From assembly GCA_018396675.1 (NCBI GenBank), contig JAGTQX010000004.1:3697-67696 (forward strand): a stretch of 64,000 nucleotides of DNA, written 5' to 3'. Position numbers and translations under genes: made by a program. Position 1 is the first letter of the stretch; each line of letters starts with the position of its first letter. Under the pieces are notes generated by a model. It did no database searches, had not been told where the DNA came from, and saw only the letters and a list, made by a program, of their open reading frames with translations. Origin of the DNA: Candidatus Bathyarchaeota archaeon (GTDB lineage: Archaea > Thermoproteota > Bathyarchaeia > Bathyarchaeales > Bathycorpusculaceae). Positions 9,479 through 19,838 of this stretch are shown here, one piece after another.

Positions 9479-10780
9479 TTGAGGGATCCCAACTTGAGCG
9501 AGTATGATATCGTGGTGGTTGGGGCGGGTGTCATCGGTTTATCAACAGCCTACCACATTAAATGTCGTCATCCAAATCTGAAGGTTTTAGTTGTTGACAA
9601 GTTTAACGCCGCTGGACAAGGAAGCACTGCAAAAAGCGCCTCGGCTTTCCGTTGCTTATTTTCATCTTACGTGAATTATATGTTGTCTGATTCGTCTGTT
9701 GACTTTTACATTTATGTGCAGGAAAAAATGAATGTGGATTTGAAACTGTCGAAAGTAGGCTATCTCTGGCTCTTATGTGAGGATGATTATAAGGAGTTAA
9801 ATCCAGTTTTGAGAGATTTGGCGTCTAAAAACTTGAATTATAAAGAGTATGAGGCTGACGAGCTTGCTGACAAACTGGGATTAGTCGTGCATTTGGCTGA
9901 CGACGAAGAAGCTGAATTAATGGGGTTAAAAGACGTTTATAAAGGAATTTTTATTCCAAAAGCTGGAATTGTTGACGCTGACTGCATTGTAAAATTCTAT
10001 GAAAGCGAGTTTTTGAGACTCGGCGGAGAAATACATTACGGCGTTAAGGTTGAAAATATTCTAGTTGAGCCATGTAAACCTCTCGGAATACCAGACGAGC
10101 CTTTCTTCTGGCAAGAATCAAGAGTTTCAGGAGTTAAAACAGACGCGGGAGTTCTTAAGGCGAAGAAAACGATTTTAGCTGCTGGAGCATGGATTCCACA
10201 GCTTCTAGACACTGTTGGAATTGAATGCTTCATAAAACCTAGAAAAAGACAAATTTTCGCTGTTCAAACAAATAAACCGCTTTTGAAAAAGCTTCTTTTC
10301 ACCAAAGGATTCAACTCCGCTGGATGTATACCATTCACTATTTTGCCGAAACCCAGAATCTATGCAAGACCATTTCCAACAGAAGGAGTATTCTGGCTTA
10401 GCTACGCAGACGACTTTCCAAGAGCTTTTAAACTTGAAGAAAACCCGCAACCGGAGAAAAACTTCTACGAATGCGGCATATATCAAGTTCTCGTGAAATA
10501 TTTTCCACAGTTCAAAGACTGCCGCCCATACTCTGCATTTGCTGGATTATATGAAATCAACACTTTGGATGGTCATCCAGTAGTTTTTGAAGAGAACGAT
10601 TTACTGGTCGCAGGAGGCGCAAGCGGAAGCGGAATCATGAAAGCAGATGCTATAGGACGCGTGGCAGCAGCACTTTACGAAGGAGAGAAGTATGCACTTC
10701 TTTACGGAGACAGAAAGTTCAAAGTCAGCGATTTAAGCATCAAAGAAAGAAACATTGAACTTGAAAAACTTCAAATTTAA
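9479..10780 (+). CDS. FAD-dependent oxidoreductase (DAO/glycine-oxidase-like family)
   Basis: N-terminal dinucleotide-binding fold DIVVVGAGVIGLSTAY. 433 aa. C-terminal GGASGSGIM typical of DAO-family flavoproteins. Confidence 0.7.
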   Translation: MRDPNLSEYDIVVVGAGVIGLSTAYHIKCRHPNLKVLVVDKFNAAGQGSTAKSASAFRCLFSSYVNYMLSDSSVDFYIYVQEKMNVDLKLSKVGYLWLLCEDDYKELNPVLRDLASKNLNYKEYEADELADKLGLVVHLADDEEAELMGLKDVYKGIFIPKAGIVDADCIVKFYESEFLRLGGEIHYGVKVENILVEPCKPLGIPDEPFFWQESRVSGVKTDAGVLKAKKTILAAGAWIPQLLDTVGIECFIKPRKRQIFAVQTNKPLLKKLLFTKGFNSAGCIPFTILPKPRIYARPFPTEGVFWLSYADDFPRAFKLEENPQPEKNFYECGIYQVLVKYFPQFKDCRPYSAFAGLYEINTLDGHPVVFEENDLLVAGGASGSGIMKADAIGRVAAALYEGEKYALLYGDRKFKVSDLSIKERNIELEKLQI

Positions 10781-10847
10781 GCAATCTGAATAGTGAATTT
10801 TATTAATCATAAGATACAATATGCGGCATGTTGAGGATGGTGAACTC

Positions 10848-12680
10848 ATGTTTGGTTGGAACGGCCAATTTCTAAGAGTGAACCTTACAAAACAAAAAGC
10901 TACAGTGGAGAAATACGATGCTCAGATGGCTAGAAAGTTTCTAGGCGGTAGAGGATTTGCAATAAAAATCTTGTGGGATGAACTTAAGATTGGCGTTGAC
11001 CCACTATCACCTGAAAACTTGCTTGTGCTTGCCGCTGGACCATTAACTGGCTTTGCTTTGCCAAGCAGCGGAAAACTTGTTGTTGCCGCAAAAAGTCCTT
11101 TGACGGGAGGCTATGGAGATGGAAACATAGGAACACATGCGGCGGTTCACATGCGCAAGGCTGGTTATGACGCGGTAATAATTGAGGGCAAGGCTGAAAA
11201 ACCGACAGTCCTTCTCATTCAAGATGCTACAACAGAATTTTTAGACGCAAAAGAATTGTGGGGCTTAAACACGTTTGAAACAGAAGACAAATTAAGAAGT
11301 CTTTACGGCCCAACAGCGGGAATTCTATCAATCGGACAGGGCGGAGAAAACCTCGTAAAATTCGCCAACATAATATCGCAGAAAGGAAGAGGCGGCGGAA
11401 GACCAGGAATGGGCGCGGTTATGGGGTCAAAAAACCTTAAAGCAATAGTGATTCTTGGTTCTGGAGAGTTGCCAGCCGCCAACCCGAAAGAATTGAAAGC
11501 GTTAGGCGCCGAAGCTTACAGGGAAATATTGACGAAACCGAATTATGCCTTCTGGAAACGCCAAGGCACAATGATGACCATCGAGTGGAGCCAAGAAAAC
11601 AGCGTCTTACCAACCTACAACTACAGCGAAGGAGTATTTGAAGACGCAGACGCCATAGGCGGTTTTTCAATGGAAAAAATCAAGTTTACACAGCGAGGCT
11701 GCCCAAACTGCAACATGATATGCGGCAACACCGTCAAGGACTCTGACCGAAAAGATTCAGAGCTTGATTATGAAAACGTTGCCATGCTCGGTTCAAACAT
11801 CGGCGTTGGCGACTTGAAAAAAGTTGCAACACTTAACAGACTCGCCGACGAATTTGGATTAGATACAATCTCGTTAGGAAATGTTATCGGCTTCGCAATG
11901 GAAGCCTCAGAAAAAGGATTAATAAAAGAAAAAATTTCATGGGGCGATTACAAAGCGTCAAGAACTTTAATTGAAGACATCGCTTACAAGCGAGGATTAG
12001 GTGGAATGCTCGCAGAGGGCGTCAAATTTGCAGCTGAAAAAATTGGAGAAAACGCAAGCCGATTTGCTGTACAAGTAAAAGGATTAGAGGTTTCAGCGTA
12101 TGATTGTCACGCTGCACCGGCAATGGCTCTGTCCTATGCAACGAGCGCGATAGGAGCCCATCATAAAGATGCTTGGGTAATATCATGGGAAGTTAAAGTT
12201 GGAAGAGACCGTTATAGTGAGGAAAAAGTAGACAAAGTCATTGAGTTACAGCGCATCCGTGGAGGCTTCTTTGAATGTGCAACAGCTTGCAGGCTACCAT
12301 GGGTTGAGCTTGGCTTTGAACTTGAATGGTACCCAAAGTTTCTACATGCCGCAACCGGCATAGAAATGAGTTGGGAAGAGTTAAACACTATAGCTGACAG
12401 AATGTACACTTTAATTCGCGCATTCTGGGTGCGTGAATACGGCAAAAAATGGAACAGAGAAATGGACTTTCCACCAGCTAAATGGTTCGAAACCCAGTTG
12501 TCTAAAGGCAACTTGAAAGGCGCAAAACTTGACAGAGCAAAATATGAGGTTATGCTGAAAACGTACTACAAGAAAAGAGGATGGGATGAAAGAGGCATAC
12601 CGACAAAGACTACGCTTGAAAAATTGGGCTTAAAGGATGAGGCAAAACAGCTCAAAAAACGCGTTGAGTTATGGGAATGA
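10848..12680 (+). CDS. aor: Aldehyde:ferredoxin oxidoreductase family enzyme (tungstopterin)
   Basis: The AOR N-terminal domain begins MFGWNGQFLRVNLT. LGGRGFA, PLTGGYGDGNIG and the C-terminal YYKKRGWDERGIPT motif are all characteristic of the AOR family. I chose the ATG at 10848. Confidence 0.9.
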   Translation: MFGWNGQFLRVNLTKQKATVEKYDAQMARKFLGGRGFAIKILWDELKIGVDPLSPENLLVLAAGPLTGFALPSSGKLVVAAKSPLTGGYGDGNIGTHAAVHMRKAGYDAVIIEGKAEKPTVLLIQDATTEFLDAKELWGLNTFETEDKLRSLYGPTAGILSIGQGGENLVKFANIISQKGRGGGRPGMGAVMGSKNLKAIVILGSGELPAANPKELKALGAEAYREILTKPNYAFWKRQGTMMTIEWSQENSVLPTYNYSEGVFEDADAIGGFSMEKIKFTQRGCPNCNMICGNTVKDSDRKDSELDYENVAMLGSNIGVGDLKKVATLNRLADEFGLDTISLGNVIGFAMEASEKGLIKEKISWGDYKASRTLIEDIAYKRGLGGMLAEGVKFAAEKIGENASRFAVQVKGLEVSAYDCHAAPAMALSYATSAIGAHHKDAWVISWEVKVGRDRYSEEKVDKVIELQRIRGGFFECATACRLPWVELGFELEWYPKFLHAATGIEMSWEELNTIADRMYTLIRAFWVREYGKKWNREMDFPPAKWFETQLSKGNLKGAKLDRAKYEVMLKTYYKKRGWDERGIPTKTTLEKLGLKDEAKQLKKRVELWE

Positions 12681-12721
12681 AAAAGGCTTGAGTAAAGCGC
12701 TAGACAATAAGCGTGAGCGTA

Positions 12722-14164
12722 CTAGTACGACCTTGCGAAGTAAACCACTTCTTTGGCTTTCCCGCCGCAATAGACACAGTTGGAAAACGGTGTTTCTTTC
12801 TCGAACGGAATCAGCCTGATAGTTGCACCTGTCTCCTCCTTTATTTTTTCTTCACATTGCGAGTTTAGACAGAACGAGGCTCTAATGAAGCCGCCTTTAT
12901 CTTTCAAGACTTGCTTGAAATCTTCATAGTTTTGGACAGTTGTTATTTTTTCTTCAAGAAACTTTTTGGCCTTGTTGAACAAGCTATTCTGTATGTCCAC
13001 AAGAAGTTGCGCTACAGCGTTTACCACTTCTTCATCTTTCACTGTGATTTTTTCGAAAGTGTCCCTTCTTGCAAGCGTCACTTGCCTATTCTTCAAGTCT
13101 CTTGGGCCGATCTCGATTCTTAATGGCACACCTTTAAGTTCCCAATCGTTAAACTTCCATCCCGGCGTGTACTCTTTCCTATCGTCTAGTACGACGGATA
13201 TTCCGGCTTTCTGTAGTCTAGTGTAGATTTCCTCTGCCTTTGCAAGTATAGCACTTGTGTCAGTACTCCTGTATGGGATTGGAATTATTACTGCTTGCAC
13301 TGGAGCAATTTTCGGAGGCAAAACAAGTCCTTTATCGTCTCCGTGAACCATCACTAATGCGCCTATTAAACGTGTGGATATTCCCCAGGAAGTTTGCCAA
13401 ACATAGTGTTCTTTTTCGTCTTCGCCTATGAATTTGATGTCGAAAACTTTTGAAAAATTCTGTCCAAGATTATGTGATGTGCCCATCTGTAAGGCTTTTC
13501 CATCAGGCATCATCGCTTCTATGGTTGTAGTGTAGAGGGCTCCAGCGAATTTTTCATTCTCTGATTTTATCCCTGCAAGTACTGGGATAGCCAGATAACT
13601 CTCCATCAAATCGCGGTACTCATTGAGGATTTCCATGACTTCTTTGTCGGCTTCCTCTTTTGTAGCGTGTGCCGTGTGACCTTCTTGCCAGAGGAATTCC
13701 CTTGTCCGCAGGAAAAGCTTTGTTGCTTTTGTTTCCCACCTTACGACGCTGCACCATTGGTTCAGTTTTATCGGCAAGTCTCTCCAGCTTCTAATCCACT
13801 TGGCGTAAGTAGCGTAAATTATAGTCTCAGAAGTTGGTCTTATTGCAAGCTTCTCTTCTAATGGTGAATCGCCGCCCATTGTAACCCATGCTACTTCTGG
13901 GACGAAGCCGGCGAAGTGTTCCGCTTCTTTTTTCAGAAAGCTTTCAGGTATGAATAGGGGGAAGTAAACGTTTTTGTGTCCAATGCGTTTTATTTTTTCG
14001 TTAAAGATTTCCTGGATTTTTTCCCATATGGCATAGGAAAGTTCTCTGAAGATCATGCAGCCTTTTATTGGCGCGTAATCGGCAAGCCCAGACTTCAAAA
14101 CTACTTGTGTATACCATTCTGAGAAGTCTTCTGATTTTTTAACGGTGATTCCAACATCTGACAT
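12722..14164 (-). CDS. proS: Prolyl-tRNA synthetase (archaeal/eukaryal type)
   Basis: 480 aa. FSEWYTQVV, class II motifs (IRPTSET, FLRTREFLWQEGHTAH), an anticodon-binding domain and a C-terminal Zn-binding domain ending ..YFARSY. Confidence 0.95.
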   Translation of the reverse strand: MSDVGITVKKSEDFSEWYTQVVLKSGLADYAPIKGCMIFRELSYAIWEKIQEIFNEKIKRIGHKNVYFPLFIPESFLKKEAEHFAGFVPEVAWVTMGGDSPLEEKLAIRPTSETIIYATYAKWIRSWRDLPIKLNQWCSVVRWETKATKLFLRTREFLWQEGHTAHATKEEADKEVMEILNEYRDLMESYLAIPVLAGIKSENEKFAGALYTTTIEAMMPDGKALQMGTSHNLGQNFSKVFDIKFIGEDEKEHYVWQTSWGISTRLIGALVMVHGDDKGLVLPPKIAPVQAVIIPIPYRSTDTSAILAKAEEIYTRLQKAGISVVLDDRKEYTPGWKFNDWELKGVPLRIEIGPRDLKNRQVTLARRDTFEKITVKDEEVVNAVAQLLVDIQNSLFNKAKKFLEEKITTVQNYEDFKQVLKDKGGFIRASFCLNSQCEEKIKEETGATIRLIPFEKETPFSNCVYCGGKAKEVVYFARSY

Positions 14165-14404
14165 TTTATCATCTTCCCCTTTTCTGGTTTTTAGTTGAAT
14201 ATAATTCTGTTGTATTTACAGTTTTGAAAGTAGGCAACTTGCGGAAAACTTTAGCGATGTGGAACTGAATCGCCCATTTTCAACCACTCGCAATTAGAGA
14301 CACAAGCATATTATTTAAAGTTTCTTCCATAGACAACAGCTCTTTTCGACAACAAGTGTTTTAACTGCAAAAAGAACAACTTAAGAAATTGAGCACGGGT
14401 TAAG

Positions 14405-15655
14405 GTGCAATCTAAATTGAAGGCGCTTCTTATAATCGGAGATGGAATGGCGGATAGACCATCAAAAGAATTTGGCGGAAAAACTCCATTAGAAACAGCT
14501 GACAAACCAGCAATGAATCACATGGCAAACATGGGAATCTGCGGCATTATGGATCCTATTGCGCCGGGCATCCAGCCAGGCAGTGATACAGCCACGCTTG
14601 CTCTTCTGGGCTATAATGCTTTTAAGGTCTATTCCGGAAGGGGTGCTTTAGAGGCTCTGGGATCGGGAATGAATGTTTCTGATGGTGATGTTGGGTTTAG
14701 GTGCAATTTTGCGACTGTAAATGAAAACTTGAAGGTTTTGGATAGGAGAGCTGGCAGAATAGACGACGCTGAGGCTTCTAAACTTGCTGAAAGCCTAAAA
14801 AAAGTGGAATTGTCGAGTTCTTCTATGGAATTTACGTTTAAGAACACGGTTCAGCACAGGGCAGCTCTAGTTCTGCATGGTTCAAAACTCTCGTCTGCTG
14901 TAAGCAGTTCAGACCCCGGAGTTGATGGTGAAAAAGTTTCGGTTATAAAACCGTTAGATGACAGCCCCGAAGCCAAGTTTACAGCTAACATTCTCAACGA
15001 GCTTACACAAAAGTTTTATGAGGTTCTCAAAAAGCATCCAGTTAATGTTGAACGAGTCAAACGTGGACTGCCGCCTGCAAACATTGTATTGTTTAGAGGC
15101 GCTGGCACGATTCCAAAACTTAAGCCACTAAATGAAGCGTACGGCATAAAGGCATCATGCATTGCTGCTGTCCCTTTAATTCGCGGCGTATGCAAGGTAG
15201 CGGGCATGCAACTGTTGGATGTTAAAGGCGCAACTGGAACTTTACAGACTGACTACATGGCCAAAGCCAAAGCAGCTGTTCAAGCGTTAAAAATGGGCGA
15301 CCTAGCCCTATTACATGTAAAAGCTCCGGATGTGGCCAGCCACGATGGAAACTTCAAGCAGAAAATCGAAGTTATCGAGAAAATCGACCACATGCTCGCC
15401 TACATACTTAATAAAATTGATTTAAGTGAGACTTATGTGGCTTTAACATCCGACCATACAACTTCGTGCACAACGAGAAGCCATGAAGGAGACCCTGTCC
15501 CAGTAGCCATAATGGGACCATACGTCCGAAGGGATGATGTTGAAGAATTCGGAGAGAGAACATGCGCAAAAGGCGGTTTACTGCGAATTCGGGGTAAAGA
15601 CTTAATGCATATCCTGATGAATCTTATTGGCAGAGCAAAAAAATTTGGGTTCTAG
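14405..15655 (+). CDS. apgM: Cofactor-independent phosphoglycerate mutase, archaeal type
   Basis: LLIIGDGMADRP, KTPLETADKPAMN, GSDTATLALLGY and APDVASHDG are ApgM signatures. GTG start. Confidence 0.9.
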   Translation: MQSKLKALLIIGDGMADRPSKEFGGKTPLETADKPAMNHMANMGICGIMDPIAPGIQPGSDTATLALLGYNAFKVYSGRGALEALGSGMNVSDGDVGFRCNFATVNENLKVLDRRAGRIDDAEASKLAESLKKVELSSSSMEFTFKNTVQHRAALVLHGSKLSSAVSSSDPGVDGEKVSVIKPLDDSPEAKFTANILNELTQKFYEVLKKHPVNVERVKRGLPPANIVLFRGAGTIPKLKPLNEAYGIKASCIAAVPLIRGVCKVAGMQLLDVKGATGTLQTDYMAKAKAAVQALKMGDLALLHVKAPDVASHDGNFKQKIEVIEKIDHMLAYILNKIDLSETYVALTSDHTTSCTTRSHEGDPVPVAIMGPYVRRDDVEEFGERTCAKGGLLRIRGKDLMHILMNLIGRAKKFGF

Positions 15656-15672
15656 CCCCCCTCTTTTCATGG

Positions 15673-16794
15673 CTAATGCACGGGCATTAAGCGCCATTCA
15701 CGGTAGTCAGTCACAACTTTAACATAACCTCTAAGCATGGCGTCTGTCTCCGCGTCTCCAGTGTCGACTCTTAAAACGTTTCCTTCTACGTTGCGGAGTT
15801 TGCTCTTTGTGGCTACGACTATTATTTTTTGTTTTCCAACACGTTTTATAATTTCAGGACTTATCTGCTGGTTTCCCCTTCCAAATAATATTCCTTGGCG
15901 GCCTATAGGGGAGACAATTATCCATGTGTTTTGCCAGTCTTCCACGTTTTCAATAATCTTCTTTTCATCCACGTCTAGGATTACTTTACCTTGTTTGTAT
16001 ATGTCTACGCCGAGAAGTGTTTTAGGAACGCCGAGAAGTTCAGCCAAGCATTTTACGGTTGTTCCCGGCCCAAAAATGTATGTCGCATCAGGCTGCATTT
16101 CCTCAATTATGAATTTGGCTATAGCTATTTGGTTTTCCTTTTCATCCATAGTCTCTGGGCTTACCTGCTTGCTTCTTTGAATTCGCATTGGAAGGAAGGG
16201 ACACTTCAAGAAACCGTAAAGTTTAATCATGAACGTGTCGCTTCGAATAGCGGTTTCATCAGCATCCATAACTTCACATTCAGTAATTTCCGCCTTTTTT
16301 CTGACGAAAGCTAAAACAACTTCAACAGCGTCCGCGGGGTTAACAGCGAAAACGCCACTGTACATTTTCACGCCAGAAGGTATCCCTAACACTGGTATTT
16401 CAGCGCCCTTTTCTCTTAATGCATCTAAAATGTCTTTTGCGGTGCCGTCTCCGCCAACAAACACGATGAGGTCTACTTTAGCGTCTGCCAAAAATTTAAC
16501 AGCCTCTTTCGTGTCTTCAGCCGTTGTCTCCTCTCCAATTTTGATGGGTAAAACTTGAATGGTTATGCCGACACTTTTTGCTTCATCTTCGCCCATGGCT
16601 CTTGCGCAAGTTAAAATTTCTATTTCGCCTTCAAATACTGCCTTTTTTAATTCCTGCAGAAATTCCGCAGCCCTTTTCGGAGAAACGGGCTTAGCGCCTC
16701 TTGCAACAGCCTCTTTTAAGACACCATCTGTTCCTTTGAGACCAACACGTCCGCCCATGCCGGCAATTGGATTAACAATGAAACCCAATTTCAT
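15673..16794 (-). CDS. ATP-NAD kinase-like protein (COG3199 family)
   Basis: MKLGFIVNPIAGMGGRVGLKGTDG at the N-terminus and the GGDGT diacylglycerol/NAD-kinase motif. 373 aa. Confidence 0.65.
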   Translation of the reverse strand: MKLGFIVNPIAGMGGRVGLKGTDGVLKEAVARGAKPVSPKRAAEFLQELKKAVFEGEIEILTCARAMGEDEAKSVGITIQVLPIKIGEETTAEDTKEAVKFLADAKVDLIVFVGGDGTAKDILDALREKGAEIPVLGIPSGVKMYSGVFAVNPADAVEVVLAFVRKKAEITECEVMDADETAIRSDTFMIKLYGFLKCPFLPMRIQRSKQVSPETMDEKENQIAIAKFIIEEMQPDATYIFGPGTTVKCLAELLGVPKTLLGVDIYKQGKVILDVDEKKIIENVEDWQNTWIIVSPIGRQGILFGRGNQQISPEIIKRVGKQKIIVVATKSKLRNVEGNVLRVDTGDAETDAMLRGYVKVVTDYREWRLMPVH

Positions 16795-16856
16795 GCATAT
16801 CGCTCTTACAATTTTATTGCATAAGTTATAAACGATTTTGAAGCATAAAAGAAGTT

Positions 16857-17468
16857 ATGATGAACACTTTTGGAACATTCTCGATTTTAGCCATTTCAAA
16901 AGATTGCAAACTGCTGGGTGTTGCTGTGGCGTCAGGCTCAACCGCAGTCGGCTCAAGGGTACCACACGCAAAACCAGGCGTAGGTGTAATCGCAACTCAA
17001 GCTTACACAAATGTGGTTTATGGGGTTGAGGGCTTAAAACTTCTTTCAGATGGGCTTTCACCAGAAGATGCCCTTAAAAGGCTTCTTGCAAACGATTGTC
17101 AAAAGGATTTGCGACAAGTGGCAATAATGGATTTTGCCGGAAGAAAAACGGTTTTCACAGGAAACGCAACCCCTGAGAAGCGTGGAGAAATTGTTGGCGA
17201 AAATTTTATTGTAATTGGCAATTTTTTGAGAAGTGAAAAAGTTGTTGAGTGCATGGCAAAAGCTTTCGAGGAGTCAAATGAAAATTTTGCGTCAGGGCTC
17301 ATGGCAGCGTTAAAGGCGGGAAGCGAGAAAGGCGGTGACATGCGAGGCGAAAGGTCAGCAGCCATAATCATTGTTAGTTTAACAAAAACAGAGTTAAAGT
17401 TGAAGATTGACGAAAGCGAATACCCGGTTCAAAAACTTTCAAAGATAATAGAAAAACGGTTGAGCTAA
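16857..17468 (+). CDS. DUF1028-family protein (Ntn-hydrolase fold)
   Basis: TFSILAISKD..LGVAVASGSTAVGSRVPHAKPGVGVIATQAYTN .. LRQVAIMDFAGR .. GGDMRGERSAAIIIV matches the DUF1028 consensus pattern as I remember it. Confidence 0.75.
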   Translation: MMNTFGTFSILAISKDCKLLGVAVASGSTAVGSRVPHAKPGVGVIATQAYTNVVYGVEGLKLLSDGLSPEDALKRLLANDCQKDLRQVAIMDFAGRKTVFTGNATPEKRGEIVGENFIVIGNFLRSEKVVECMAKAFEESNENFASGLMAALKAGSEKGGDMRGERSAAIIIVSLTKTELKLKIDESEYPVQKLSKIIEKRLS

Positions 17469-17549
17469 CGTTAGAAGACGACGTTTAACTCTAAAAGCTC
17501 TTATATACCCTGAAATTTTTAAATTAGACCCTAAAAGGGGACGCTACAA

Positions 17550-18527
17550 ATGTACAGAAAAAGTACGAAGAAAATTCTTGTAACCGGCGCAACCGGCCAA
17601 ATTGGTTCTGAACTTACATTGGAACTACGGCATAAGTACGGCGGCGAAAACGTGATTGCCGCTGGACACAGGAGGAAGCCCGGAGAAAGACTCGTCAGTT
17701 CTGGACCATTTGAGTTTATCGACGTAACCAAAAAAGACGAGCTGGAAAAAATTGTAAAGGAGTACGACATTGACACGGTGTACCATTTGGCGGCTATGCT
17801 GTCGGCTACTGGCGAGGAAAACCCGCAACAAGCATGGAATGTGAACATGGGAAGCTTGTACAACGTTCTCGAAATTGCAAGAGAACATGGTTTAACTAGA
17901 GTTTTTTGGCCAAGCTCGATAGCCGTTTTTGGTCCTGAAGCTCCACGGGTTAAAACCCCGCAGAACACTGTGTTGATACCGAAAACTATGTACGGTGTGA
18001 CAAAGGTTGCTGGAGAGCTTCTCTGCAATTACTATTTTCTACGATATGGCGTTGATGTGCGAAGCGTCCGCTACCCGGGAATAATAAGTAGCGAGACACC
18101 ACCGGGAGGCGGTACAACAGACTACGCGGTTGAAATATTTTACGAGGCGATAAAGAAGAAGCGGTACACTTGCTTTTTAAGAGCTGACACAGTCTTGCCA
18201 ATGATGTATATGCCGGACTGCATAAAAGCTGCAATAAATTTGATGGATGCTGACGCCTCGCGAATAAAATGCCGCACAAGCTACAATGTGGCAGCCATAA
18301 GCTTTTCGCCGGCGGAACTCGTTGCTGAAATCAAGAAGCACATACCGGAATTTGTTTGCGAGTACAAGCCGGACTTTAGGCAGAAAATTGCAGATTCATG
18401 GCCAATGACTATAGATGATTGTGTAGCCCGCGAAGATTGGGGATGGAACCCGGAGTATGATTTGGCTTCGATGACAAGGGACATGATAGAGAAGCTTAAA
18501 AAACGGTTTGCTGAAGGCCGCCTTTAA
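17550..18527 (+). CDS. tdh: L-threonine 3-dehydrogenase, short-chain (UDP-galactose-4-epimerase-like) type
   Basis: ILVTGATGQIGSEL Rossmann motif, YGVTKVAGE (YxxxK) and about 320 aa length. It lies immediately upstream of kbl, the classic pairing for this TDH type. Confidence 0.8.
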   Translation: MYRKSTKKILVTGATGQIGSELTLELRHKYGGENVIAAGHRRKPGERLVSSGPFEFIDVTKKDELEKIVKEYDIDTVYHLAAMLSATGEENPQQAWNVNMGSLYNVLEIAREHGLTRVFWPSSIAVFGPEAPRVKTPQNTVLIPKTMYGVTKVAGELLCNYYFLRYGVDVRSVRYPGIISSETPPGGGTTDYAVEIFYEAIKKKRYTCFLRADTVLPMMYMPDCIKAAINLMDADASRIKCRTSYNVAAISFSPAELVAEIKKHIPEFVCEYKPDFRQKIADSWPMTIDDCVAREDWGWNPEYDLASMTRDMIEKLKKRFAEGRL

Positions 18528-18603
18528 TCTTGCTTTTCACTAAGTAAATGTAGGAAACGTTAAAAGAGGAACCGAGTTTAGACTCTAGTAAGAGGTGGAG
18601 AAG

Positions 18604-19803
18604 ATGGTTGAAAGGCATCCGACACGGTACCTAGCCGAGGAGTATGAACGTTTAGTCCGTGAGAACCTCAATTGGGAGCTTAAAATTCTTGAGTCTGCAA
18701 GCGAACCAACATGCGTTGTTAACGGCAAAAAAGTTTTGATGCTGTGCGCAAACAACTATTTGAATCTTGCAACACATCCAAAAGTTGTCAACGCCATGAT
18801 AGAGGCTACACGGAAATACGGTGCAGGAGCTGGAAGCGACAGGTCGATTTCAGGTAACATGCTACTCCACGAGGAACTTGACCGCCGCTTAGCGAAGTTT
18901 AAAGGTGCGCCAGCCTCATTGACCTTCCAGACTGGGTTCATGGTTAACGAAGGATTAATTCCACAGCTTGCCGACAAAGGCGACCTTATTGTTTCAGACG
19001 AGTTAAATCACGGCTCAATAATTGACGGCGCTAGACTTAGCCGTGCTGACAGAGCAATATACAAACACAAGGACGCGGAAGACTTGGCGCGGGTTATGGA
19101 AGAGGCGGAAAAACACGATCCTCCATACAACCACATTTGGATTATAACTGATGGCGTTTTCAGCATGGACGGCGACACTGCGCCGCTTGACAAAATAGCT
19201 AAAATTGCAAAAGAACATGGTGCAGGCGTCTATGTGGACGATGCACATGGCGAAGGTGTTTTAGGCGAAGGCGGACGCGGAATTGTAAGCCACTACAAGC
19301 TTAGACGAGATGAAGTGCATGTGGAAATGGGAACCTTTTCAAAAGCTTTCGGCGTCATAGGCGGGCACATAACCGGAAGTGAAGAACTACGCAACTTTGC
19401 CTACAACAAAACGCGAAGTTGGCTACTCAGCGGCGCGGTTCCGCCAGGAGTGGCAGCAGCATGCATAGCGGCAATAGATGTCCTAGAAACAGAACCGCAA
19501 CATGTTAGAAAAGTTTGGGAGAACCGGAAACACCTTCTTGAAGCGTTTCAGGACGCGGGATTTGACACTGGAAACACTGAAACCCCGATAATTCCGGTCA
19601 TGTGCGGCAAAAGCAAGGCTGCAAGGGACTTGGCGGACTACCTTTGGACGAAAGGAATCTTTGTATTGCCAATCTTCTATCCAATGGTTGCAAGAGACAA
19701 AGCCAGAATCCGCGTGCAAGTATGCACAAAACACACAACAGAACAGTTAGACATGGCTGCAGAAGCCTTCAAAGAAGGCGGCAAAAAACTCGGAATAATC
19801 TAA
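18604..19803 (+). CDS. kbl: 2-amino-3-ketobutyrate CoA ligase (glycine C-acetyltransferase), alpha-oxoamine synthase family
   Basis: NNYLNLATHP, DELNHGSIIDG, DDAHGEG and the PLP-lysine context GTFSKAFG. I preferred the ATG at 18604, with AGAGGTGG upstream, to the GTG at 18595. Confidence 0.85.
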   Translation: MVERHPTRYLAEEYERLVRENLNWELKILESASEPTCVVNGKKVLMLCANNYLNLATHPKVVNAMIEATRKYGAGAGSDRSISGNMLLHEELDRRLAKFKGAPASLTFQTGFMVNEGLIPQLADKGDLIVSDELNHGSIIDGARLSRADRAIYKHKDAEDLARVMEEAEKHDPPYNHIWIITDGVFSMDGDTAPLDKIAKIAKEHGAGVYVDDAHGEGVLGEGGRGIVSHYKLRRDEVHVEMGTFSKAFGVIGGHITGSEELRNFAYNKTRSWLLSGAVPPGVAAACIAAIDVLETEPQHVRKVWENRKHLLEAFQDAGFDTGNTETPIIPVMCGKSKAARDLADYLWTKGIFVLPIFYPMVARDKARIRVQVCTKHTTEQLDMAAEAFKEGGKKLGII

Positions 19804-19838
19804 AACGTTAAAACCTTCAACTTCCCCATTTTCATTTA

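Noticed and set aside
17531-18028. 165-aa minus-strand ORF antisense to tdh. Similar long antisense ORFs occur at 15737-16180, 19832-20257, 25439-25936, 40141-40674, 55458-56099, 57460-57894, 59980-60444 and 61457-61960.
   Set aside because: Each lies entirely inside a gene with strong family motifs on the opposite strand. Each has a Ser/Leu/Arg/Cys-rich, motif-free translation typical of shadow frames.
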